From contig OZ244042.1 in assembly GCA_965215015.1 (NCBI GenBank), forward strand, positions 4,896,001 through 4,960,000: 64,000 bases of DNA. Reading direction: 5' to 3'. The notes beneath the pieces were generated by a model. That model ran no database searches, was not told the DNA's origin, and saw only the letters and a program-made list of their open reading frames with translations. The stretch's first letter is position 1. Each line of letters begins with the position of its first letter. The DNA comes from Candidatus Poribacteria bacterium (GTDB lineage Bacteria; Poribacteria; WGA-4E; PCPOR2b). Shown here in pieces: positions 10,188 to 21,804 of this stretch. The position numbers and the translations under genes are program-made.

Positions 10188-12152
10188 GTGCAAACCAATC
10201 AACAAATCGAAAACCGCGCCAATCACCTATCACATCTCACGTATCACGTCATATTTTTCATTGCAATGCTAGTCGCTGGAACTATTGGGTGCTCAACGGA
10301 TCAAACTCCCAAGCCCGGTCGCTGGGAAATTGTTCGGCGTGCAGATTGGGAAGCACGATTCTACGATGTGTTCTTCATTGACGAGCAGACTGGATGGACG
10401 GTCGGCAATAATGCAGGAAGCACATTCGCGGAAGAGTTGGATAGCGTGATTGCTCACACAACGGATGGCGGAGTCACATGGCAGCCGCAGCAGAGCGGCG
10501 TTTACCAACCGTTGCGAGCTGTGCGATTTGTGGACAGCCAACTTGGGTGGGTCGTCGGCGAAAATGGTGTCATCCTGCACACAAAAAATGGAGGGGAGAG
10601 GTGGGACCAACAATCAGGGAATACACATAATAACCTATTCGATCTTCACTTTGTCTCAGCACAAGAAGGTTGGATCGCCGGTGATTTTGGGACCGTTTTG
10701 CACACACAGGATGGCGGAGAGACTTGGGTGAATCGATCGGCGGGGATTGGCGATAATTCACTGCGGGGTATATTTTTCCTTAATGCCCGCCAAGGCTGGA
10801 CTGTTAGCCACCAAGGCAATGCCTATTATACACGCGATGGGGGGAAACGCTGGACTTACCAGAAAACGAATGTCCGCTACGAGTTGTCTGATGTCCACTT
10901 TGTGGATGAAAATCGTGGTTGGATCGTCGGGGACAAGCGCGCAGTGCTTACCACACAGGATGGCGGTAGGAGCTGGGAGTATTTAACACGCGGCTCAAAT
11001 AAACGCCATGAAGAACACTACGGTCAGCAGATAAGAACCGGGGATGAACCGCTACACACCTTCCTCCTGTATGCACTCCATTTTACCGATGCTCAGAACG
11101 GCTGGATCGTTGGCGACTTAGGTGCCATTTTGCACACGAACGATGGTGGAAAGACATGGAAGCATCAACGGGGTGGGGCAACACGATTGGTTGGGGCAGA
11201 TGTTGTTTTACTGGGTGTCTATTTTGTCAATCCTCAGCTCGGTTGGGTTGTCGGTGAGTTTGGGACGATTTGGCACACTAAGAACGGTGGGAGAACGTGG
11301 GAACTTCAATCCGCTCCCAGCTATCTGCTCACAGACCTCCATTTTATCAGCGATAAGGTTGGATTTGCAGTGGGTGACCGCGGGGAAATCCTTCGCACAG
11401 ACGACGGCGGGTTACACTGGCAGTCACAAGATAGCGGAACGATGGAGTGTTTTGGGGCAACGCATCTTATCAACGATAAGGTTGGTTGGAGCGTTGCAGA
11501 ATGGGGAACAATTGTCCACACCACCGATGGTGGCAAAACGTGGTCACAGCAAAAGACGGATACGGAGAATGACCTTCTCGGTACCTCCTTCGTTGACTCA
11601 CAGCATGGGTGGGTGATTGGTCACAGTGGAGAGATTTTGCACACCGCGGATGGCGGAAAAACGTGGCAGAAGCAGCGCAGCGGTGTCAACCGTCATCTCT
11701 TTGGGGTCTACTTCATTGACCCTCAAACCGGGTGGGTTGTGGGGCAAGGTGGTGTAATTCTCCACACCCGGAACGGCGGTCAAAAATGGGATTTGCAAGC
11801 CCAGCTCGGAGAAGTCTGGCTATCGGGGGTTTACTTTACGGACCATCTAAACGGCTGGGTTGTTGGGATTGATGGGTTGGTTATCCACACAACCGATGGC
11901 GGACGCACGTGGAAACGTCAAAAGAGCTACGTGGAAAGTTTCCTGAATAGTGTATTCTTCCTCAATGCGAACCTCGGCTGGGCAATCGGTGGTGAAGGCA
12001 TAGTTATCCGTACCCTTGATGGTGGTGAGAACTGGCGTCCCCAAAGATGCGAAAGCCACTATAACCTGAACTCGATTTATATGGTGGATGCTGAAACTGG
12101 CTGGATCGTCGGTGATCTTGGAGTGATGTTGAAGTATGTGGTTGATGATTAG
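10188..12152 (+). CDS. YCF48-like/BNR-repeat beta-propeller lipoprotein
   Basis: More than 10 repeats of GWxVGxxGxILHTxDGGxTW; lipobox-like TIGC. Confidence 0.9.
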   Translation: MQTNQQIENRANHLSHLTYHVIFFIAMLVAGTIGCSTDQTPKPGRWEIVRRADWEARFYDVFFIDEQTGWTVGNNAGSTFAEELDSVIAHTTDGGVTWQPQQSGVYQPLRAVRFVDSQLGWVVGENGVILHTKNGGERWDQQSGNTHNNLFDLHFVSAQEGWIAGDFGTVLHTQDGGETWVNRSAGIGDNSLRGIFFLNARQGWTVSHQGNAYYTRDGGKRWTYQKTNVRYELSDVHFVDENRGWIVGDKRAVLTTQDGGRSWEYLTRGSNKRHEEHYGQQIRTGDEPLHTFLLYALHFTDAQNGWIVGDLGAILHTNDGGKTWKHQRGGATRLVGADVVLLGVYFVNPQLGWVVGEFGTIWHTKNGGRTWELQSAPSYLLTDLHFISDKVGFAVGDRGEILRTDDGGLHWQSQDSGTMECFGATHLINDKVGWSVAEWGTIVHTTDGGKTWSQQKTDTENDLLGTSFVDSQHGWVIGHSGEILHTADGGKTWQKQRSGVNRHLFGVYFIDPQTGWVVGQGGVILHTRNGGQKWDLQAQLGEVWLSGVYFTDHLNGWVVGIDGLVIHTTDGGRTWKRQKSYVESFLNSVFFLNANLGWAIGGEGIVIRTLDGGENWRPQRCESHYNLNSIYMVDAETGWIVGDLGVMLKYVVDD

Positions 12153-12652
12153 ACAATGGGAAATCTATCTTAATCTAAGTGGCTAGCCATTGAAAAACCA
12201 TCGGTTTTCTGTTAAGGGCGAAGTGCCTTGCCTTTCACTCCGGGGGAGCGATATTTCTATAGAACGGCGATAAGGTCAATCCCTGTGGTCCAAAGGAGCG
12301 CAATGTGTATGGCAGGGCGAATCACTCACCAATCTGGCTAAGCCTAACGAGTTGTAGGGAACAACAATCGCTGTTCCCTAGTATCCCTTATGGAGTCTCT
12401 GCTGTAGTAGCCCGATTCATTGGGCGTTGGGAACGGTATCCTGCGGCGATAAATCGCCGAACGACAAGGCTTCAGACGTTCAACTGCGTCAGTCCTAAAA
12501 AAATTGTACTGCATTTGTTAGAATTTCAACCTGTTTTTGTATATTAACGGGGTTTGGCTGACAAGCCCCCAACCTAAAGAATAGGGCCTTGTCAGCATTT
12601 TTTGATAAAACGCCAAACTCCCACCTATCACGTTTCACGCCCTAACAGCCTA

Positions 12653-13435
12653 CTAAACGACTGCCGACAATCCTCCATCGATATTAATCGCAGTCCCCGT
12701 TATATACGAAGCCCGATCCGAAACAAGGAAGGAGACGAGATCTCCAACCTCGGTGGGTTCACCCAAGCGACCGAGCGGATGCTCCGCGCCTCTCGCTTCC
12801 CAATACTCCTCAAGCGTGCCGGGTGAACCATCAGCCTCCCAAGACCGTTCACCCTGTGCGCTCTTAATCGAGGTCAAGCAGACAGTGTTGACAAGAATCT
12901 TGTCGGCGAGCAACTCTTTGGAAAGTGCTTTTGTCATCGCGATACCTGCCGCTCGACTGACGGAGGTTGGGACAGAACCTGCACCCGGCTGTTTGCCGCC
13001 GGGGTGGGTGATATTGATGATGCGCCCCCCACCTGTTGGCCTCATGTGAGGAATAGCCAACCGTGCACATCGCACCGCTCCCATCAGCTTGAGATCGAGA
13101 TCCTCGTACCACTCCGCATCGGTCACCTGTTCAAAATTTCCACCCGCTGACCGACCTGCGTTATTGACCAGAATGTCAATTTTTCCGAACTTATCAACCG
13201 TTTGGTTGATGAGGTTTTCGAGTGTTCCGGGGATCGTCACGTCAGCGGTGACAGCGAGCACCTCACCACCTGTCGCATCACGAATCTCCTGCGCTGCCTG
13301 TTCTAGGACATCCTCACGGCGAGCGCAAATCGCCACCTTTGCGCCCTCTTCGCAGAGGCGTTGGGCGATTCCTTTGCCAATACCTTCACTGCCGCCTGTG
13401 ATGACAGCAACCTTTCCTGCTAATCCCAAATCCAT
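12653..13435 (-). CDS. Short-chain dehydrogenase/reductase
   Basis: TGGSEGIG, NNAG, YITGTAINIDGG. Confidence 0.92.
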   Translation of the reverse strand: MDLGLAGKVAVITGGSEGIGKGIAQRLCEEGAKVAICARREDVLEQAAQEIRDATGGEVLAVTADVTIPGTLENLINQTVDKFGKIDILVNNAGRSAGGNFEQVTDAEWYEDLDLKLMGAVRCARLAIPHMRPTGGGRIINITHPGGKQPGAGSVPTSVSRAAGIAMTKALSKELLADKILVNTVCLTSIKSAQGERSWEADGSPGTLEEYWEARGAEHPLGRLGEPTEVGDLVSFLVSDRASYITGTAINIDGGLSAVV

Positions 13436-13535
13436 GATAAACCTCCTATGATTGAGTTAGGGGTTCGCTGGGTAAATCGTCTGATTTATGTACACTCACC
13501 CCGATGGATGTTAATTGTGATTTTTCTCGTAAATG

Positions 13536-16004
13536 TTAGTTAGCCCAAAGCGGAATTGTTGCCGTTGACGGCGGCAAGCACCGATGTGCATCACACGCCT
13601 GATAGCGAACATCTATGTTCAACGGAAACGCTTTTTCGATTGTTTCACCCGGCTTCAACTTCAATTTCATCTTGACCGTGACGTCTCCTTCATAGACAGA
13701 AATCGGAGTCTCCATCCAATCTGCGTGGAACGGCGTCCCCTTGGGGTATGTGACCGACAAGATTTCGACCGAAGCATCAGGACCGATGGACACAGTTGTA
13801 GGGATCAGCAGATCCCACGAAGAGGGATTAGCGTTGATATGCCACCCTTCAGCGAGTTCAATCTGTATCTCCACATCAAAGACGTTTCCGGGGAAGATAT
13901 CCTCCTTCGAGGGTATGGAAGCTACAAGCCTCAACAGTTCGTCCTCTGAGGGTAAAGCCCGTGGGGCTTTCGGCAGTCCGAAGAGGTTTATTTCACTCAT
14001 TCCCTCTGTGTCCAAACCAAACTGAGATGAACCTCCCCGGTGCCCTGCCCCGACTTTGGTCCAATCCGTCGAAAGGTAGCGATTGGTAGCGAAAAGCATG
14101 TGCATAAGGGCACGGGGAGACTGTTCCATCATGCCCGCGAAACCCTGAAGCGTTTTTTCCGCCTTATCCAGATAATCCTTTTCGCCAACGAGCAGTACGA
14201 GGGTGAGCAGGTTATTGACTGCTACGGCATTCCCCGACGGGAGAGAGGAGTCGTAAGGGTTCTTGGTGCGTACAACCAGATGTTTTTGATTGGCAAGGGT
14301 AAAGTAGAAACCTCCATTTTTATCGTCCCAAAACAGCTGGTTCATCGTATCGGTCAGAAGCCGCGCCTCATTCAACCAAGTATCTTCGCCCGTTGCCCGA
14401 TGCAGCCCTAGCAAACCACGGACAAGGAAGGCATAATCATCGAGGTAGCCGTTATATTTAGCGATGCCATCCCTGTAGGTCCGCATCAGCTGTCCATTGG
14501 ATGCCCGAAGGTATTTCAGGTTAAACCGTGCAGCTTTCTCCGCCACCTCACGGTACTGTTTTTCGCCGAGCACTTCGTAGCCGTAGGCAAACGCATCAAT
14601 CATTAAGCCGTTCCAGCTTGTAATTATTTTCGTATCAAGCAGGGGTTGTTTCCGTTTCTCTCGTGCCACGAGTAGTTTTGTCTTGAGCGGTTTGAGTTCG
14701 CTGTGGAGGTCGGCCTCCGACTTCTTGAGCGATTTTGCGACACTTGAAACGGGAGCAGGAAGGTAGAGAATGTTGGTTCCACCTTCAAAGTTGGGCCCCT
14801 TGTCCACACCGTAAACCCGCATGAAGAGCTTGGCATCCCGTTTCTCAAGAATCTTCTGAATCTGTTCTCTTGTCCAAACGTAGGATTTGCCCTCCTCCGC
14901 ATCTACTTCTGCATCAAGTGCGGAGTAGAAGCCCCCCTCCGTAGAGGTCATCTCGCGAGAAACAAACGTAAAAATTTCCTCAGCGACCCGTCGGTAGCGC
15001 GGATTTTTCGTGAGTTGATAGGTGTGCAAGTAGACTTTCGCGAGTTGAGCGTTGTCATAGAGCATCTTCTCAAAATGGGGTACGAGCCACTGAGCATCAA
15101 CCGAGTAACGGTGAAAACCACCGCCAATCTGATCATACATCCCACCATAGGCCATCTTGTCAAGGGTGTTGGTGACCATTTCAAGCGTCGATTTGGAAGA
15201 ATCTCGTTGATACTCACTCAACAACAGCTCCAGATTTGTAGGGCTAGGAAACTTCGGCGCGCCACCGAAGCCGCCGTAGGTCGCGTCGTATCTCGATTGG
15301 AGTGCTTGCACCGCCGTCGAGATTAGCTTCCGATCCAGCGACGTTTCGCCGATGGAAGCTGGAGCGGCAGCCGTTGCCTGTGTGATAACTTCCGTTATCT
15401 TTTCTGACTGTGCAATGACCTCCGCCTGTTGGTTCATCCACACCTCATGAAGTGCCTTTAGCACTCTTGGAAAGCCGGGGCGCCCCCGACTATCCTCCGG
15501 TGGGAAATAGGTACCTCCGAAAAAAGGGAGAAGCTCCGGCGTTAAAAAAACAGAGTTGGGCCAACCACCCGATCCTGTCATGATTTGGGTGGCAGTCATG
15601 TAAATCTCATCTAAATCTGGGCGTTCTTCCCGATCCACTTTGATGTTAATAAACGACGTATTCATCAGATTGGCTATCTCTGGATTTGAGAATACCTTCC
15701 GCTCCATGACATGACACCAGTAGCAGGTGGAATAACCGATAGAAAGGAAAATCGGTTTGTTCTCAACCTTCGCCCGTTCCAATGCCTCAGGCCCCCACGG
15801 ATACCAATCAACAGGATTATGGGCGTGCAAAAGCAGATAAGGGCTCGTTTCGCGGATGAGGGCATTCGTCCACCTCCATGTCCCATCGGGGTTCTTGAGC
15901 CCTGCTTCGTGCGAGTGTGAATCCTCAGCGGCATGGGCAACGACACCAAAATTGCTCGCAACAACGCAGAAACACGCAAGTGAGAAAATTAAGTTCAATC
16001 GCAT
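13536..16004 (-). CDS. YyaL/SPATA20-like thioredoxin-domain protein (DUF255) with C-terminal DsbD-N-like domain and signal peptide
   Basis: [39 protein letters not shown]; C-terminal GWHINAN...[12 protein letters not shown]. Confidence 0.9.
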   Translation of the reverse strand: MRLNLIFSLACFCVVASNFGVVAHAAEDSHSHEAGLKNPDGTWRWTNALIRETSPYLLLHAHNPVDWYPWGPEALERAKVENKPIFLSIGYSTCYWCHVMERKVFSNPEIANLMNTSFINIKVDREERPDLDEIYMTATQIMTGSGGWPNSVFLTPELLPFFGGTYFPPEDSRGRPGFPRVLKALHEVWMNQQAEVIAQSEKITEVITQATAAAPASIGETSLDRKLISTAVQALQSRYDATYGGFGGAPKFPSPTNLELLLSEYQRDSSKSTLEMVTNTLDKMAYGGMYDQIGGGFHRYSVDAQWLVPHFEKMLYDNAQLAKVYLHTYQLTKNPRYRRVAEEIFTFVSREMTSTEGGFYSALDAEVDAEEGKSYVWTREQIQKILEKRDAKLFMRVYGVDKGPNFEGGTNILYLPAPVSSVAKSLKKSEADLHSELKPLKTKLLVAREKRKQPLLDTKIITSWNGLMIDAFAYGYEVLGEKQYREVAEKAARFNLKYLRASNGQLMRTYRDGIAKYNGYLDDYAFLVRGLLGLHRATGEDTWLNEARLLTDTMNQLFWDDKNGGFYFTLANQKHLVVRTKNPYDSSLPSGNAVAVNNLLTLVLLVGEKDYLDKAEKTLQGFAGMMEQSPRALMHMLFATNRYLSTDWTKVGAGHRGGSSQFGLDTEGMSEINLFGLPKAPRALPSEDELLRLVASIPSKEDIFPGNVFDVEIQIELAEGWHINANPSSWDLLIPTTVSIGPDASVEILSVTYPKGTPFHADWMETPISVYEGDVTVKMKLKLKPGETIEKAFPLNIDVRYQACDAHRCLPPSTATIPLWAN

Positions 16005-16098
16005 ACCAACCTTCCCTTATGTTGGCTAGTAGTAGGCATACTCCGTATGCCGTATGGGGAAAATGGGGAAGTTTTTTTATTTTGTTTCTATTGAAGCC

Positions 16099-17238
16099 TC
16101 AGAGATCGAGGATGGAACCATCGACATCGAAGGCGTCCCATTTCCCGCGTGATGGATTTCCAGAAAGCGAGCGGATATAATCTTCGTTCAGTGAAACACC
16201 CCATCCCGGTCCCTGCGGCACTTTCAGATGTCCATCAACCGGCTTCTCTTCAAATCCAACTATGAGGTTCTTCCGCTCTGGATTGTTCCCGTTGGGAACT
16301 TCTTGGATAAGGAAGTTCGGCACGACGGTATCTAAGTGTAGACAAATCACCGTTGATAAAGGACTCAGCGGATTGTGAGGCGCGATTGTGGCGAAAAAGG
16401 CGTCCGCCATCGCTGCAATTTTGAACGCTTCCATGATGCCGCCACAGGTACAGATGTCCGGCTGGACAACATCCACTGCGCCCTTGACGAGATACTCTCG
16501 GAAGGGATAGCGCGTATAGAGTCGCTCGCCGGTAGCGATTGGAACGCCCGCATTCCGACGCAGGGTTGCCATCGCATCAACTGATTCAGGAAGCACCGCC
16601 TCCTCGAAAAAGAGGATGCCGTAAGGTTCTATCCGTTTCGCCATTTCCATTGCATTGACAGGGTTCAGGCGACCGTGGCCATCGATGGCAATCGGGACCG
16701 CGTCGCCTACCGCTTCACGCACCGCTTTGACTATTGCTTCAACTTTTTTACCGTGGGCGAGATTAAAGGCGGGGCCCGTCGGATCAAATGGTGTGAACTT
16801 CAATCCACCCCAACCATCTTCAATGCGTTGGGCAGCCGCTCCCGCCCAGGATTCTGGCGTACTTCCGCCAATCCAGCAGTAGACCTTTACCCGATGCCGA
16901 TACATTCCGCCTATCAATTCGTACACCGGGACGTTTAGGGCTTTGCCTTTGATGTCCCAGAGCGCGTGCTCAATGCCAGATAGTGCACCGATCAGCACCG
17001 GACCGCCCCGCCAAAAAGCGTTGCGATAAATCATCTGCCAGATTTTCTCGACTTGAAATGGGTCTTCGCCTATCAGTACATTTTCAATATCTCGCAATGC
17101 ACCCACCAAGGCACCCTCTTTCCCTGAACAGGACGCTTCACCAATGCCGACGATACCTTCATCGGTATGCAGTTTGACGTAGATATACGCCCGCCCTTGA
17201 AACGGCGCGGGCAGAATTTCGAGTTGCGTAATTTTCAT
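16099..17238 (-). CDS. Mandelate racemase/galactonate dehydratase-like enolase superfamily enzyme
   Basis: WRGGPV, ALWDIKGKAL, DGHGR, ATGERL, APHNP. Confidence 0.9.
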   Translation of the reverse strand: MKITQLEILPAPFQGRAYIYVKLHTDEGIVGIGEASCSGKEGALVGALRDIENVLIGEDPFQVEKIWQMIYRNAFWRGGPVLIGALSGIEHALWDIKGKALNVPVYELIGGMYRHRVKVYCWIGGSTPESWAGAAAQRIEDGWGGLKFTPFDPTGPAFNLAHGKKVEAIVKAVREAVGDAVPIAIDGHGRLNPVNAMEMAKRIEPYGILFFEEAVLPESVDAMATLRRNAGVPIATGERLYTRYPFREYLVKGAVDVVQPDICTCGGIMEAFKIAAMADAFFATIAPHNPLSPLSTVICLHLDTVVPNFLIQEVPNGNNPERKNLIVGFEEKPVDGHLKVPQGPGWGVSLNEDYIRSLSGNPSRGKWDAFDVDGSILDL

Positions 17239-17436
17239 ATCGTTTCAATCCTTTGGAGGCACCATCTTAAAAATTAAATTAACTCAAGTTGCCCTCTAAA
17301 GCCCCAACAGGGCGACATGTGTATAGAATTTTACTTTGACAACTTTGTCAAAACTTCAGTATGATAAGGTGTCCCTACTGCAATGGGACGATTCAAATCT
17401 GATTTAGATTAACATAAAGACAGGCGGAGGTCTCAA

Positions 17437-18141
17437 GTGGTATCAAAGCATCCAGAATATGCGATCAGTTCTCAAATTCTAAGTGAGTATTTGGGGGCAC
17501 TGTTCCTCGTCATGGCAGCGATTTCGCCGATTATTCTTTTCCATCAAGTACTAGAAGTCGGAATCGGCCTAGCGGTTCTGGCTGATGCCCTTGCCGTTGG
17601 GTTTATTCTTTTTGCCCTCATTGAAACATTTGCTCCCATCAGCGGTGCCCATTTCAATCCCGCGGTAAGCCTTGCAATGGTACTTGGGGGTAAAATAGAT
17701 TGGAAACAGGCGTCAATCTATATTTTAACACAGGTCGCCGGTGGATTGACCGGAACCGTCTTTTCGCATCTGATGTTCTATCATAAAATTCCCAAACTGA
17801 TTGCTGTTTCTGAAGTGACGCGGGCAGGAGGGAACTATTTTGCCGAGGTTCTAGGCACCTTTATCCTTGTTCTGGTAATCTTCCTTTTGGTGCACAACCA
17901 ATCAGATAAACTCTCCTTGGTAGTTGGTATGTTGGTTGGGGGACAGTTGATTGCAACATCAAGCACCATGTTCGCCAACCCGCAAGTTACCATTGCACGG
18001 ATGTTCACCTACGCCGCCGCGGGTGTAAAACCCTTCGATGGGGCGGTGTTTATCCTAATGCAGATTATCGGTGCGGTGCTCGCTGCGCTGGTCTTCAGAG
18101 CGGTGAAGAGGAAGGAGAGACCAAAGACACCGGTAGATTAA
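17437..18141 (+). CDS. MIP/aquaporin family channel (AqpS-like)
   Basis: ISGAHFNPAVS and TSSTMFANPQVTIAR; six TM segments. Confidence 0.88.
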   Translation: MVSKHPEYAISSQILSEYLGALFLVMAAISPIILFHQVLEVGIGLAVLADALAVGFILFALIETFAPISGAHFNPAVSLAMVLGGKIDWKQASIYILTQVAGGLTGTVFSHLMFYHKIPKLIAVSEVTRAGGNYFAEVLGTFILVLVIFLLVHNQSDKLSLVVGMLVGGQLIATSSTMFANPQVTIARMFTYAAAGVKPFDGAVFILMQIIGAVLAALVFRAVKRKERPKTPVD

Positions 18142-18145
18142 TAGA

Positions 18146-19342
18146 TTAACTGCCCGCCATATCCGGGGGCCACAGATCTAATGTCGATCCACTGGGGCGT
18201 GGCCCCATCGGTCGAATCGGCAGCTGCTCGTAAGAACAATAAGAGAGATTTGCCAAGTGTGGTGTTTCTAGGCGGCTATGTCCCTGATGCCTTGAACGCA
18301 TAGCTGCATCCAAAACACCGGTCGTCAGCAGCGTCCGCTCAACGGGATATTGGGGAACCCCTGTAAGGAACATCTCTTCGATGTTTAGACTGAGATAACT
18401 AAAATGTGCATGGGCACCCCCGCTTTGCAGACAAAACTGGACGCCTTGAATCTTGCCATTAGTCTGGCCCGCATAGGCGAAGTCATGGGTGTAACCATTC
18501 AGCATCAACACCGCTGCCTTGAACCCATCGCTGTGTTCGATTAGGAAAACGGCGGGGTTCTCGCAATGGTCTTGGGGGTTTCCCTCCAGCTTGTCAGGGA
18601 TTGGCGCGCACGCAGCGGTCGCCAATTCGGGAGACCAACCTCCCTCCTCCCCTGCCTGCCAGACCGCATCCCCTTCCAAGCACTGAACAGCAACCACCCC
18701 GGACTCCCCACCGGTGCGTCGCTCGGTCATGCACTGTAACGTCTCCAAGGCATGGAAACCGTAGGATTCGATGCCGCCATAGCCAATCCCGATTGCGGCT
18801 TCGATTGGGGTGTCAAGGTCATACTCAAGGAACGGATTCCGCCAGCAGGTTGGCAGGGATGAACCCGCCATAAAGGGGACATTGAGCGTCTGGGCACGGT
18901 CATACATCCATTTGGCATCCGTCCAATTATAAGAGAGATGTTTGTCACAGAAAACGGGGACTGAACGCCCGCTCGATGCGAAAACACCACAAATCTGCTC
19001 AAACAGATAACGGCGCGGATACATGTGCTGCTCAAATTCGTTATACGGATAATCGCCATGTTCGCCAATCAGGAGGACACCATCAACCGCAAGTGCATTT
19101 CCACCGAGCGTCAGTGCTTGGCGGATACTCTGATAGATTGGGATGCCGTGTAATTCCGCAAGATCGCGTCCGATATCTCGGGGGTCAATCTGATCCAGAT
19201 AGATTGAAATCAAATCAACACGCGGCTGCCGAAGCCCCTCATCCGTCGGAAATCCCTTCATATACTTTGTGGCGATTACATCTGCGTGAGAGAGTGGATA
19301 GTATGTCGTGATGATAGCTGCAATCTTTTTACGCTCAGACAT
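18146..19342 (-). CDS. Conserved hypothetical oxidoreductase-like protein
   Basis: 398-aa ORF; SHADVI, AVDGVLLIGEHGDYP, YGFHALE, PVERTLLTTG. Confidence 0.7.
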   Translation of the reverse strand: MSERKKIAAIITTYYPLSHADVIATKYMKGFPTDEGLRQPRVDLISIYLDQIDPRDIGRDLAELHGIPIYQSIRQALTLGGNALAVDGVLLIGEHGDYPYNEFEQHMYPRRYLFEQICGVFASSGRSVPVFCDKHLSYNWTDAKWMYDRAQTLNVPFMAGSSLPTCWRNPFLEYDLDTPIEAAIGIGYGGIESYGFHALETLQCMTERRTGGESGVVAVQCLEGDAVWQAGEEGGWSPELATAACAPIPDKLEGNPQDHCENPAVFLIEHSDGFKAAVLMLNGYTHDFAYAGQTNGKIQGVQFCLQSGGAHAHFSYLSLNIEEMFLTGVPQYPVERTLLTTGVLDAAMRSRHQGHSRLETPHLANLSYCSYEQLPIRPMGPRPSGSTLDLWPPDMAGS

Positions 19343-19439
19343 TGCAGTGCCCTTTCATTAAAAAGTGAAATGTTAGATTTACCTGAATCATAGGGAATTG
19401 TGTGCTATTATATCCCAAGAACCAACATGGGAGGCTAAC

Positions 19440-19716
19440 ATGAACAAAGAAACGCTGCAAATCGTAATTATGGTTGCTGGTTTTGCTATCACGATTATCA
19501 CCTGTCTCTTGAAATTTCCGAGTAGGGATTGAGGTGAATAAGCAATTCAATGATATGAACCAAAGGGCTAACGACATAAATCAAAGACTCATCGATTTGA
19601 GTGCTGATGTGAGACATATCTGCTACATGAAAGCCGGATGGGTCAAAGAAAGACGATTAATCTCCTTCCGAATCCCCATCTGCTTCGTTGTCTCATATCC
19701 TCTCACCAAGCGGTGA
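19440..19716 (+). pseudogene. Degraded small TM plus coiled-coil protein gene
   Basis: GGAGG RBS, ATG 19440, hydrophobic MNKETLQIVIMVAGFAITII, then a frameshift into heptad NKQFNDMNQRANDINQRL. Confidence 0.4.
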
Positions 19717-19857
19717 TAGAAGTAAATCCGACTTCTCACACGCTAACCAGTATCATCCCAGTCCACCCAATAGATTGGTTGGTGCGGAGAGAAACCGAGC
19801 TTTTGCCAAAAACTCGGCTTCTGTTACGCGATTTCTTAACCGTTCAGAAATGCTTTA

Positions 19858-20784
19858 TCACCCCTGAACAACTGGATTCCTCAAAACACCAATCTTCTCA
19901 ATTTCAACCTCAACGACATCTCCATCAGTTAATTTCTGATCAGGGTGTCCGACACCTGCGGGCGTACCTGTTGAGATAATATCGCCCGGTTCAAGTGTGA
20001 CCAGCGTTGAGGTAAATTCCACGATTTCCGCACAATTAAAGATCATATGTCCCGTATTGGCATCTTGCTTGGTTTCACCGTTGACGCGACAGGCAATACG
20101 CAAATTGTGCGGGTCCGGAATCTCATCCTTTGTGGTCAGACATGGACCGATTGGCGCAAAGGTGTCGAACCATTTCCCATTGAGCCAATCAAACCATTCA
20201 TCTCCTTCTCGATCTACGCGGCTATCCTTCACTTTTAGCTCGCGTTCAGAAACATCGTTGACCGCAGTGTATCCGGCGACGTAATCGTAGGCTTCATCAG
20301 CGGAGATAAATTGCCCGCGCTTGCCGATGACGATGCCAATCTCTGCTTCCCAGTCGGTAAAGACACCGTTGGGAGGAATGATAATCGGTTGTTCATGGGC
20401 GACTATGGTTGTGGTCGGGGGTTTCATGAAAACACGCGGCGTCGTTTCCAAGCGGCTCAATGCGACGCCGCCACCTTCCTCAATATGCGAGGCATAATTC
20501 CCGGCAAGCAGCAATAGCTTCTTAGGATTGGGAATGGGGGACAGGAGCGGATCTGTACTCCAGACCGCTTTCCCCGGATTTTCCGCTGCCACGTTGATTG
20601 CATGTGTGGCGGCATCAAATGCTCTACCCCCGCCTTCGAGAAATGCAATCATTCCACTCAAAAGTGCAGGCAATGCGTCATCTGTGACCGCCGCTTGATA
20701 AGTAGCTTGCAGGTCTAAGACCTTATCATCAATTGATGCACCCAGTTTGGGACCATCAGAACTCTGGAAACTTACTAATCTCAT
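19858..20784 (-). CDS. Fumarylacetoacetate hydrolase family protein
   Basis: NYASH, DWEAEIG, NDVSER, GKWFDTFAPIGP, LEPGDIISTGTPAGVG. Confidence 0.95.
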   Translation of the reverse strand: MRLVSFQSSDGPKLGASIDDKVLDLQATYQAAVTDDALPALLSGMIAFLEGGGRAFDAATHAINVAAENPGKAVWSTDPLLSPIPNPKKLLLLAGNYASHIEEGGGVALSRLETTPRVFMKPPTTTIVAHEQPIIIPPNGVFTDWEAEIGIVIGKRGQFISADEAYDYVAGYTAVNDVSERELKVKDSRVDREGDEWFDWLNGKWFDTFAPIGPCLTTKDEIPDPHNLRIACRVNGETKQDANTGHMIFNCAEIVEFTSTLVTLEPGDIISTGTPAGVGHPDQKLTDGDVVEVEIEKIGVLRNPVVQG

Positions 20785-21020
20785 GGGATCTCCTTTGGTT
20801 GTTTTTGCGGATTAAAATCACCCACACATCTATCGAAACGACAAACCCAAAACACACCTTCACAGCGAAGGGGCGTGTGGATTGGTTAAAATTCGGTCTG
20901 CTTCCCTCTATTCTCTAACCTATACAGGAAGCGGCTGGAGCATGGGATAAGGAGCAATCTACGCTATTATGACGAGAGGGATTATAGCAGACTCGCTAAT
21001 TCAAGTCAACGACAATATAG

Positions 21021-21049
21021 TTGCAAAGAAACAGCGGCTTTTGTATAAT
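21021..21049 (+). promoter_or_regulatory. sigma70-type promoter
   Basis: TTGCAA-17 nt-TATAAT, about 45 nt before ATG 21094. Confidence 0.55.
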
Positions 21050-21093
21050 AAGCTCAACTGATTATAAACCCATACCATAGAGGGAGGACACAA

Positions 21094-21804
21094 ATGAAGC
21101 TGAATAACGGAATTCAACTGACATGCCTCGGACACGCAACCTTCAAGATTGAATCTGAGGGGCAGATTTTTCTAATAGATCCGTGGGTGACCAATAATCC
21201 ATCATGCCCAGATGCCCTTAAAACATTTGACAAACTCGATGCCATACTCATCACACACGGGCACGCCGATCACATCGGCGACGCTGTTGATTTGGCGAAG
21301 CAGCACTCACCGACCGTTGTGGGGATAATCGAAGTCAGCAATTGGCTCGAAGGTAAAAGCGTCGAAAACACAATTGGGATGAACAAAGGGGGCACCGTTT
21401 CGATCAATGGGCTAAACGCAACCATGGTAACAGCCAACCATAGCAGCAGCTTCACGGAGGACGATGGCACAATCGTCTATCTCGGTGAACCTGCGGGATA
21501 TATCCTCGAATTTTCAAATGGATATAAAATTTACCATGCGGGGGACACCAATGTGTTCGGCGATATGCTGATCATCGGTGAAATCTATCAGCCGGATCTC
21601 GCCCTCTTGCCAATCGGCGACCACTTCACAATGGGGCCCCGTGAGGCAGCTTATGCGGCGCAGCTGCTCAATGTGCCTACTATTGTTCCGATACATTACG
21701 GAACATTTCCAATTCTGACAGGAACACCGGACGCACTGCGCGAGTTAACCAAGGGTCAAACGGTTGAAATCGTCGAACTCCAGCCGGGCGAAACATTAGA
21801 TTGA
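21094..21804 (+). CDS. UPF0173 metal-dependent hydrolase (metallo-beta-lactamase fold)
   Basis: LGHATF, THGHADH, YHAGDT, PIHYGTFP. Confidence 0.93.
   Translation: MKLNNGIQLTCLGHATFKIESEGQIFLIDPWVTNNPSCPDALKTFDKLDAILITHGHADHIGDAVDLAKQHSPTVVGIIEVSNWLEGKSVENTIGMNKGGTVSINGLNATMVTANHSSSFTEDDGTIVYLGEPAGYILEFSNGYKIYHAGDTNVFGDMLIIGEIYQPDLALLPIGDHFTMGPREAAYAAQLLNVPTIVPIHYGTFPILTGTPDALRELTKGQTVEIVELQPGETLD

Noticed and set aside
10188-12152. Photosystem II assembly factor implying phototrophy
   Set aside because: YCF48-like BNR propellers are widespread in non-phototrophs and no photosynthesis genes are present.
20800-21000. Possible riboswitch/ncRNA between the FAH and MBL-hydrolase genes
   Set aside because: Some hairpin potential, but I recognise no conserved aptamer motif; an Rfam scan would be needed.
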